DNA of 28,249 nucleotides from Chthoniobacteraceae bacterium (lineage in GTDB: Bacteria > Verrucomicrobiota > Verrucomicrobiia > Chthoniobacterales > Chthoniobacteraceae), in the NCBI GenBank assembly GCA_031409335.1, contig JANNWY010000070.1, positions 1 through 28,249 of the forward strand. The letters are read 5' to 3'. Numbering within the stretch: position 1 is the stretch's first letter; each line of letters opens with the position of its first letter. The translations under genes were made by a program, and so were the position numbers. This document shows positions 7,281 through 16,000 of this stretch, one piece after another. The notes below the pieces were generated by a model, which worked only from the letters and a program-made list of their open reading frames with translations, did no database searches and had not been told where the DNA came from.

Positions 7281-10200
7281 ATGCACCCTCGAATTGCTGG
7301 TTGTCTCCTGGTTCTCACTCCGTTGATTTTTCTCCCGCAACTGGCGCGAGGTCAGGATGCGTCGGTGATCGAGGTGGAGCGGGTGGTCTCGATCGAGAGG
7401 CCGGGGGCGAAGGCGGCTGCGGCGAAGAATGATGATCCGCTGGCGGTACGGGATATTTTGCGGACGGGGTTGAAGAGTCGGGCGACGGTGCGGCTGAATG
7501 AGCGGGAGCAGTTGCGCGTGGGACAGACGACGGATTTGCAATTGCTCGGGCTGCAAGTGCCGGGGGGACAGGGGGAGCCTCGGGAGATTTCGATCCGGCG
7601 TGGGGTGGTTTACATTTTTAGCCGGGAGCCGGAACAGCGGGTGAATATTAAGACGCTGGCGGGGAACGGGGCGTTGCGCGGGACGCAGTTGATCGTGGAG
7701 GTGCGGGGGAATCGGGCGCTGTTTGCGCTGCTGGAGGGGGAGATGGATTTGTCTAACTCGAAGGGGAAACTGACTTTGAAGCCGGGGGAATTTGGGGAGA
7801 TGCGTCCGGGGCAGGCTCCGCGCAAAACGGCGGTGTTGGAGGCGAAGAATATTTTGCAATGGGCGTTGTATTATCCGGCGGTGCTGGATCCGACACAGTT
7901 AGGGCTAACTCCTGGTGAGGAGTCTAAGATTGCGGGTTCGCTGGAGGCTTATCGCGCGGGGGATTTGCTGGGGGCTTTGGAGAAGTACCCGCTGGGGCGG
8001 AGCGGGGGACCGTCGGCAGCGCGGGTGTATCGCGCGGGGATTTTGCTGGCGGTGGGGCGGGTTGATGATGCGCGGGCGGAGTTGCGCGGGGTGTCGAGTG
8101 CGGCGCCGGGGCGGCGGGCGATTGAGCAGTTGATCGCGGCGGTGAACTTTGAAGATTTTCCCGAAGGTGAACCTTCGGATGCGGCGGGATGGGTGGCGCA
8201 GTCTTATTACGAGCAGTCTAAGAGCAAGCTGGATGCGGCGCTGGCGGCGGCGAAGAAGGCGGCGGAGTTATCGCCGGACAATGGTTATGCGTGGACGCGG
8301 GTGGCGGAGATGGAGTTTTCGTTTGGGCACACGCCGCAGGCGCTGGATGCGCTGAAGCGGGCGCTGGAGCTGACTCCGCGCAATGCGCAGGCTCATGCGG
8401 CGAATGGGTTCGCGTTGAGCGCGCAGAATCGGATCAAGGAAGCGCGCGCGGCGTTTGATGAGGCGATCGCGCTGGATGGGGCGCTGGGGAATGCGTGGCT
8501 GGGGCGTGGCTTGGTGACGATCCGGCATGGCGACTTGGCGGCGGGGCTGCTCGATCTGCAAACAGCGGCGACGCTGGAGCCGCAGCGGGCGATTTTTCAT
8601 AGCTATCTCGGCAAGGGATATAGCCAGTCGGACGATAGCTCCAGTGCGACGAAGGATCTGGATTGGGCGAAGACGCTTGATCCGAATGATCCGACGCCGT
8701 GGCTGTATTCGGCGATCCAGAAGAAGCAGGAAAATCGCTACAACGAATCCATCGCCGATCTGGAGCAGTCGCTCGCGCTGAATGAAAACCGGCGCGTGTA
8801 TCGCTCGAAGCTGCTGCTCGATCAGGATCGCAGCGTGCGGAGCACAAACCTGGCGTCGATTTACCAAAACAATGGGATGACGGATGTGAGTGTGCGCGAG
8901 GCGGCGAAGGCGGTGACGAGTGATTACTCGAACGCCTCGTCTCACCTTTTCCTGTCGAACAGCTACGAGGTGTTGCGCGATCCACGCCGCGTGCAATTGC
9001 GGTATGAGACGGCTTGGTTCAATGAACTATTGCTCTCGAACCTGCTCTCGCCCGTGGGTGGCGGGTCGCTTTCGCAGTATGTTTCGCAGCAGGAATACTC
9101 GAAACTGTTCGAGAGTGAGGGCCTGGGGATCAGCAGCGTGACTGAGTATTTTAGCAATGGAGATTTCCGGGAGACGGGGTCTCAGTATGGAACGGTTGGG
9201 AATCTGAGCTATGCGCTGGATGCGGAGTATCTGTATCAGAATGGCATTCGCCCGAACAACGAGATCAGCCGCTTTGAGGCCTATGCGACGTTCAAACTTC
9301 AGATCACTCCACAGGATACGATCTTCCTAAAGACGAAGTATGAGGACTTGCAGAATGGGGACATTTTTCAGCGGTTCGATCAGCGGGAAGTGAATCGCAC
9401 CAATCGCTTGGCGAATACTTTCGACTTCCGCGAATTGCAGGAGCCAGCGCTGATCCTTGCGGGGCTGCATCACGAATGGTCGCCTGGAAATCACACGCTG
9501 GTGCTGGCGCAGCGGCTGGCGAATGATCAGGTGCTGACGGCGGAAGGTGGCGGGTTCGATATATTGCAGCGGGACATTACGGGGGAGATTCCACCGGGCT
9601 TCGATGCCTCGGGCATTGATCCCAACCGACCGCTCGCGAACCGCAGCCTGCTGGATTTGCTGAATGGTCTGCGCGGACGGGGCATCCTGGAGCAATACTT
9701 CCCGGCTGGGATCGCGCTGGATGTGGATTACCGCGCGAACTTTGAAATCTATGGCGGGGAAGTGCAGCAGATTTTCACGATCGGGCCACACACGCTGGTT
9801 GGCGGAGGGCGCTTTCAGTCGGGGACGTTCGAGACGCAATCGCTGCTGCAAAATCTGCCGCCTAATCTTGCCGGTAGTGAGAGCCTCTTTCTCGATCCGC
9901 CGGCCCGGCAGAATTTCTCGGTCGATTTCGAGCGGATCAATCTCTACTTCTACGAGACATGGAAAGTGGCTCCCTGGCTGTCGCTAACCGGCGGCGTGAC
10001 CTACGACAAACTCACTTACCCGGAGAATTTCCGCAGCATTCCCATTTCAAATCAGGATCAGACGCTGGAGCAGACTTCCCCCAAGGCCGGCTTCATCTTC
10101 CAGCCGCACCGATCTGTGACTCTACGCGGCGCATATACCCGCGGTATTTCAGGCGTGAGCTTTGATGAAAGTGTTCGTTTGGAGCCGACGCAGGTCGCCG

Positions 10201-10934
10201 GATTCAACCAGGCTTTTCGGACCCTCATTCCCGAAGACCTGACTGGTGCTGTTGGCGGTTCCTCGTTTGAGACTTACCACCTGAGTCTTGAGCAAAAGCT
10301 GCCGACGAGAACCTATTGGGGAGTCCAATACGAAGTCCTCCAACAGGATCTCGATCGAACCGTGGGGGCGTTCGATTTTCTCTCCGATACAAATGATCCC
10401 GGGCGGATTCGCGGCATCCTGCCGTCTTCCCTGCGGCAGCAACTCGACTATCGCGAGGACAGTCTCACCGCGACAGTAAACCAGCTCATCGGGAACTCCT
10501 TTGCCGTTGGAATACGCTACCGGGTGAGCGATGTGAAGCTGCGGCAAACCACTCGTGAAGTGGTCCCAAGTCCGGTCCGCGGCGCCGCTGGCGATTCGGA
10601 TACCACGCGCTCGTCGATTCTCCACGAACTCGGAATCACCGCAGTTTACAATCTTCCCAGCGGCTTTTTTGCAAGGGGCGAAGCCTTGTGGTTCAATCAG
10701 GAGAACGATGGATTTGCCGTCAATCCACTCCAGCCTTCGCGTGATCCCCGGCCGGGCGATAGCTTCTGGCAGTTGAATGCGACGGCGGGCTGGCGGTTCC
10801 GTCGCAATACCTGCGAGTTGAGCGCGGGCGTGCTGAATATCACCGGTTCCGATTACCAACTCGAACCGCTGACCAGTTACAATGAGCTGCCGCGCGACCG
10901 GACCTTCTTCGTACGGTGCAAGCTGACGTTCTAA
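7281..10934 (+). CDS. Outer-membrane protein with signal peptide, FecR domain, TPR repeats and TonB-dependent-receptor-like beta-barrel (about 1217 aa; NsrA-like architecture)
   Basis: Probable start MHPRIAGCLLVLTPLIFLPQLARG/QD at 7281. FecR motifs (DILRTGLKSRATV, ALRGT, LLEGEM), TPR motifs (ALELTPRNAQAH, LDPNDPTPW), alternating beta-strand C-terminal region, terminal Phe (CKLTF). Confidence 0.88.
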   Translation: MHPRIAGCLLVLTPLIFLPQLARGQDASVIEVERVVSIERPGAKAAAAKNDDPLAVRDILRTGLKSRATVRLNEREQLRVGQTTDLQLLGLQVPGGQGEPREISIRRGVVYIFSREPEQRVNIKTLAGNGALRGTQLIVEVRGNRALFALLEGEMDLSNSKGKLTLKPGEFGEMRPGQAPRKTAVLEAKNILQWALYYPAVLDPTQLGLTPGEESKIAGSLEAYRAGDLLGALEKYPLGRSGGPSAARVYRAGILLAVGRVDDARAELRGVSSAAPGRRAIEQLIAAVNFEDFPEGEPSDAAGWVAQSYYEQSKSKLDAALAAAKKAAELSPDNGYAWTRVAEMEFSFGHTPQALDALKRALELTPRNAQAHAANGFALSAQNRIKEARAAFDEAIALDGALGNAWLGRGLVTIRHGDLAAGLLDLQTAATLEPQRAIFHSYLGKGYSQSDDSSSATKDLDWAKTLDPNDPTPWLYSAIQKKQENRYNESIADLEQSLALNENRRVYRSKLLLDQDRSVRSTNLASIYQNNGMTDVSVREAAKAVTSDYSNASSHLFLSNSYEVLRDPRRVQLRYETAWFNELLLSNLLSPVGGGSLSQYVSQQEYSKLFESEGLGISSVTEYFSNGDFRETGSQYGTVGNLSYALDAEYLYQNGIRPNNEISRFEAYATFKLQITPQDTIFLKTKYEDLQNGDIFQRFDQREVNRTNRLANTFDFRELQEPALILAGLHHEWSPGNHTLVLAQRLANDQVLTAEGGGFDILQRDITGEIPPGFDASGIDPNRPLANRSLLDLLNGLRGRGILEQYFPAGIALDVDYRANFEIYGGEVQQIFTIGPHTLVGGGRFQSGTFETQSLLQNLPPNLAGSESLFLDPPARQNFSVDFERINLYFYETWKVAPWLSLTGGVTYDKLTYPENFRSIPISNQDQTLEQTSPKAGFIFQPHRSVTLRGAYTRGISGVSFDESVRLEPTQVAGFNQAFRTLIPEDLTGAVGGSSFETYHLSLEQKLPTRTYWGVQYEVLQQDLDRTVGAFDFLSDTNDPGRIRGILPSSLRQQLDYREDSLTATVNQLIGNSFAVGIRYRVSDVKLRQTTREVVPSPVRGAAGDSDTTRSSILHELGITAVYNLPSGFFARGEALWFNQENDGFAVNPLQPSRDPRPGDSFWQLNATAGWRFRRNTCELSAGVLNITGSDYQLEPLTSYNELPRDRTFFVRCKLTF

Positions 10935-13039
10935 AGTGGCTGCTGAAGTTTCGCGGTGAGCGGCTGACTGTCGGCGAGCGGCGGCAATTGCTGCGTCGTG
11001 GTTTGCTCGGGGCGGTGCTGGTCGCGCTGGTGACGCTCGCGATTTGGCAAAGCCAGGAGGGCCATGCGTGGTTCGAGCGGCTGAGCTATGACTTGCCTCA
11101 TCTCTTCAAACAGAAGCGGCCACCAGAAGTGCGCATGGTTTATATGTCGGAGACGGCGGCCATCGCTCTCGGACAAAGCTTTGGGATTTGGAATCGCAGT
11201 ATTCACGCGAAGTTGATTCACGAACTGAAGAAGGCAGGCGCGAAGGCGGTTTTCTTCGACTTGGTGCTGATCGAGCCGGGCGAAACGATCGGGCTCGATC
11301 CGAAGATCGACGAGAGTCTGCACGCGGCGATCCGCGAGCATGGACAGGTTTACTTCGGCGCGATGTTTGATCCGCGCACTCGCACGATCGGTAGCATGGG
11401 TGTTTCGCTGCAAAGCGTGGTGCCGCCTCACGATGCCCTGCTGGATGCCGTGGGCGATCACTGGGGTCTTCTGGCGATGAATCCGATCGACTCCGATTAC
11501 GCAGTGCGGCGCTACTATGGTGGGACGATGTATGTGCCTTCCACAACTTGGGTTTTGGCCAATGAGATGGGTGCGGGACTCGGCGACGACCCGGACGAGC
11601 GCGAGCGCGAGCGCTGGCTCAACTATTACGGGCCGCCGGAAAGCGTGGGGCCGGTGGGGCTCGATCGCGCTAAACCCAATGAACGCAGTCGCGAGTTCAC
11701 GTTCGATTCGCTGGATTACGACACGGTGCTGCTGCGGCCTGAGGAAGTGGCGAAAGAATTTTTTCGCGACAAGGTGGTCTTTGTCGGACTGCGGAATCAG
11801 CTCGGGATCGTGAGTGCGGGCAAAGACGAATTCAGGCATCCCACTAGTCGTTGGACGAATCAATACATCAGTGGAGTGGAAGTCCACGCCACCGCTTTTA
11901 TGAACCTGCTTAAACACGAATGGCTCACGCGCTTTGACCGGCGATGGGAGGTGGCGCTGATACTGATATTCGGTGCGATGCTGTCAGTGGTCAGCGCGCG
12001 TTCGGTGCCGTGGGTTGCTTTCTCAATCGCGCTGCTCGCGGTGCTGCTCATGGGATGGCTGGGCTTTTGGAGTCAGTTGCACCGTAGCGTTTGGTTTAAC
12101 TGGTCGCTGCCGGTCATCGTGCAGGTGCCGATGGCATTGATCTGGGGAATCGCGACGCGCTATGCGGTGGTCGAGCGGCGTCGGGCGCGGTTTCGGTTTT
12201 TGCTGGGGACTTATCTATCCGAGGATGTGGCGGCGGCGATGGTGGACCATGGGTTTCAGGCGATGCCGAGTAAGAAGTGTGTCGTGACGACGATGTTCAC
12301 GGACATCGAAGGCTTCACCACGCTTTCGCAGAAGCTGCCGCCAGAGGATGTGGCAAAAGTGCTTTCCGCCTATTTCCAGCGAACGAATCCGCACATTCAT
12401 AAGAACTCGGGAGCCATCCTGCGTTACGTCGGCGATGCCATCGTGGCGGTCTGGAATGCTCCGCGCGAATGTGCCGACCACGCGGAGCGGGCGTGTGCGG
12501 CGGCGCATCAGATCGCGCTACTGAATGCCGAACCGTTGCGCGTGGATGGCGAGGCATTCATCGTGGATGGCCAGCCGCTGAAGCTGCGGACGCGGGTCGG
12601 TGTTCACACTGGGAATGTCATTGCGTGCAACGTCGGCTCCGAGGATCGCTTTGATTTTACCGTGCTCGGCGACGACGTGAATCTTTCGGCGCGGCTGGAG
12701 GGTTTGAACAAATACTTCCGCACGACGGCGCTGACGACGCGGAGTTCGGCGCGGCTTTTGCGGGATGCGAGCGCGGTGCGGTGTCTGGGCACGATCGTGG
12801 TGAAAGGGCGGACGAAAGGGGTGCGCGTGTTTGAATTGCTGGATGCGCCGCTCGACGCGGAGTGGCAGCGTCGATTCATGCGGGCAGTCGTGCTGCTTGC
12901 GAAAGGCCAAGACCTGAAAGCAAAGGCCGAATTTCTGGCGCTCAAGCAATCAAGGCCCGCAGACGGTCCGACGGACTTCTACCTAAGTCGCATCGAGAGT
13001 GGAAAAACATCATGGCCCTTGGAAATGGATGATAAATAA
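10916..13039 (+). CDS. CHASE2-domain membrane class III adenylate/guanylate cyclase
   Basis: N-terminal TM, CHASE2 motifs (W-RSIHAKLI, GAKAVFFDLVL, DSDYAVRR, FRDKVVFVG, SGVEVHATAFMNLL), 3 TM helices, cyclase motifs MFTDIEGFT, YVGDAIVAVW, RVGVHTG, FTVLGDDVNLSARLEG. Exact start uncertain. Confidence 0.93.
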   Translation: MQADVLKWLLKFRGERLTVGERRQLLRRGLLGAVLVALVTLAIWQSQEGHAWFERLSYDLPHLFKQKRPPEVRMVYMSETAAIALGQSFGIWNRSIHAKLIHELKKAGAKAVFFDLVLIEPGETIGLDPKIDESLHAAIREHGQVYFGAMFDPRTRTIGSMGVSLQSVVPPHDALLDAVGDHWGLLAMNPIDSDYAVRRYYGGTMYVPSTTWVLANEMGAGLGDDPDERERERWLNYYGPPESVGPVGLDRAKPNERSREFTFDSLDYDTVLLRPEEVAKEFFRDKVVFVGLRNQLGIVSAGKDEFRHPTSRWTNQYISGVEVHATAFMNLLKHEWLTRFDRRWEVALILIFGAMLSVVSARSVPWVAFSIALLAVLLMGWLGFWSQLHRSVWFNWSLPVIVQVPMALIWGIATRYAVVERRRARFRFLLGTYLSEDVAAAMVDHGFQAMPSKKCVVTTMFTDIEGFTTLSQKLPPEDVAKVLSAYFQRTNPHIHKNSGAILRYVGDAIVAVWNAPRECADHAERACAAAHQIALLNAEPLRVDGEAFIVDGQPLKLRTRVGVHTGNVIACNVGSEDRFDFTVLGDDVNLSARLEGLNKYFRTTALTTRSSARLLRDASAVRCLGTIVVKGRTKGVRVFELLDAPLDAEWQRRFMRAVVLLAKGQDLKAKAEFLALKQSRPADGPTDFYLSRIESGKTSWPLEMDDK

Positions 13040-13090
13040 CCATTTTCGCCAGCGCCTTTCGCATCCCATTCTGCGACAAACGACGAGTAG

Positions 13091-16000
13091 CTACGGCATG
13101 GTAACTTTGAGCCTGCCGTAGCGCGTGGTCGAAGCTGGCTGTGGGTCAGTGACCTTGACCCGCTCCCAAGTGGTGTCGATGGGTGTCACTACTTCCGTGC
13201 TGCCTGTAGTCCACCCATTCGGATTGGTTAGAACGCTGTTAAATTCAACGCTGTAAGCAATCCCGGGCGAGCCAGCCGCCCTCCGCCGGACGAACTCCGC
13301 CGTGAGCCTCTGCTGGCCGCTGACGTTTTCCGAGCGGATCAGCGGTAGTCCGCGTGTGCCCGTCACTGCGGTCATCGTGATCCGATCTCCTAGTTTCGGA
13401 TCCAGGTTGAGCGAAAATTCCAGGAGCGTATTCACCCCATCGCCGTCAAAGTCCGCGAGCGAACCGGAGATCAGCGGGTTGCCGAGTTCGGCGGCGGTAA
13501 AGCGCCGCGTCCGCCATGCATTCAAGTTGTCGCCCAGCACATCGAAAGATTGAATCTTGTTTGCCGCGGCGCTGTAGTTGCCGCTGCCGGGCTGACTCGC
13601 CCGCACCGTGACCGTGCCGAGGCCCGTCGGTGTGAGCGTTGCGCCCGCGATCGTGGCGGGTCCGGAGAGGATCTGGAAGGCCACGGCCAATCCCGAACTG
13701 GCCGGTGCATCGAGGATGAAGCTGCCATCATCGAGGATGCGGTTTGGCGGTTGCGGGAAGGTGATCACCTGCGCCGTGGGATTCACCGTCAGCGTCGCGA
13801 AACTGCTAAGGATTACTCCATTCGGCCATGTCACCGCTACGGCGTATTCGCCTTCGTCGGAGTTGTCCGCATTGGAAAGAGTGTAGGAACTCGATGTGGC
13901 TCCGGGAATCAAAACCGTCGCGCCTACCGGGGGCCTGAAGCGCCACTGATAGCTATTCGGTGTTCCCGATACAGCGACGCTGAAGGTCGTGTCTTGAAAT
14001 GCGAAGATGGTGCGGTTGGCTGGGTGGGTGGTGAAGCCATTGTAGGGCACGCTGATGGTGGAAAGCACTCCGGCGGTCAGCGTCCGGGAGGTCGTGGCGG
14101 GTGTGATGAAACCGGGAACTGCCGTAAGCACGAGATTATAGTTTGCCGGTGTCAGACCCGTAAGCTGTGTGCCGCCGGTATAGGCCGTTCCATTCGTGCC
14201 CAGCCTCCACCGGGCGCCTCCGTTTACCGCGCTCGCTGGGCTGATATCTACGACGAGTGAGGCCAGCGAAAACCCCCCGCCCCCGATCGGCGTGTTGATC
14301 TGCACGATGCCCCCGCCGGTATTGTTCGGATCTTCGTCATAGCCGCTGTCCTCGGCGCGGCGAAAAAGGGCGATCAACTCGCTGTCGATGGAGCGCACCA
14401 CGGTCTGCCCCGCACCGCCGAGGAAGATGCCTGCCGGGTAGTAGGTGCCGTCGTCAAACTGGACGCAGAGCGGGCCACCCGAATTCCCGCCACTGGAGTG
14501 GATTTCGCTCGTCGCGTAGAGCCGGAAGGGCGTGCCGTCGGGGTAGGGCGAGGCAGGCGCGGGTGGGTCTAAAACGGTCGTCGTGCCCGGCACGCGCGCA
14601 AAGTGGATGTTCGCCACCGGAGTCGCGTGCATCCGGCCCTGGTTTTCCGCGTCGATGCCATCCAAGGGGTAGCCCACCAGCGTCTTGAGCGCGGGCGAGA
14701 GCAGGAAGGGGTTGTCCGGCGCGTCGCTGGCGAGATACCCGCCGAAGCCGCCGCGCGCCGCGTCTTCGAGGAAGTAAATCGCCCCCGCGTCGAGGTGCTG
14801 CGACTGCGGCGAAAAATTACCGGGCATTGCCTCCGCGGTGCGCCGCGCCGCGTAGCCGTCGAAGACGTAGGAGCCGCGTGGGATGAGCGGCTTCGGCTCG
14901 AAGGCGCCGGCATCGCGCTGGAAGAGCCATTGCAGCCCGGTCGCAAAGGCCAGCGCGCCGTCGTCGAAGATCACCTGCCCGGCGGTCGCGACCACGCGCG
15001 CCCCACCCGTCCGCGCCGGATCGACCCGCACCGCGAAGCCCGTGCCCACACCTACATTGCTGCGAAGCTGGCCGACATATCCGTAAGGCAGATTCGGGCT
15101 CGCGGTCACGGTCTCAAACGGCAGCACGCCGGGCGGTGTCCCGGTCGGCGTACTGGCTGGGATATACGTGGCCGTCTTCGCGACCGTCTGGCCGTCGAGC
15201 AGCGGCACATTGAGGGGCGGCGGCGTGGCCCGCCCGACCACCGGCTTGCATTCCACGAGGTAATTGCCGGCCAGCAGCCCCGTGATCGTCTCTCCGCTAT
15301 TCCGCCAGGTCGCCGATTGATTGTCGTCCGGATCGGTCGGATCGCCCTCGCCGAGAAAGCGCCACTGCGCCCGCACCGCCTGCGCCATATTCACGTCGGC
15401 CACGTCGTCCGGTTTCAAAACCACCGTCAGCGTGCCCGACCCGACCGCGCCGGTCGGAGTATAGGTGCGACTCCAGAAAACCGGTGCCCCGCCGCTGATC
15501 ACACTCACATTCTCCGATGGTGGCTGGAGGTAGCCCGGCACGGGGCGAAACTCCACCGTGCGATCCCCGGTGGTCAGGCTCCCCGCCAGCGCCCCCGAAG
15601 GCCGCCAGGCCTGCTCTCCCGCAAAACGCCAGCCTGCAGCGATCCCCGCGGGGCTCAGATCGATCACGACAAAGCCCAGCGCCTCGGGCGGCGTCTCTGG
15701 GAACGTCTGGGCAAACTGCGAAAGCAGATCCAACTCCAGCGGCAGCTCCGCGCTCACGCCCACGCCGCCCGCGCTCGTCGCCTTCACCCGGTAATAATAG
15801 GTCACCCCCGGCGTCAATCCGCTCACGTTCACGGTCACCGGCACCGGCGAATTTCCGCTCACCGTCGCGGGCATCGCGACCACGGTATTCGAATAAGTTC
15901 CCGGAACTGTCCCATACTCGAAGACCACCGCAGTCAGCGTCCCCCGCGCCTCGACCGTCCCGTGCAGCCGCGCGCTTTGGTCCGTCACCGCCGTCGCCGC

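Noticed and set aside
13040..13090. Terminator between the convergent cyclase gene and paralog B
   Set aside because: Only a weak 5-bp stem (tcgca/tgcga) with no convincing U-tract.
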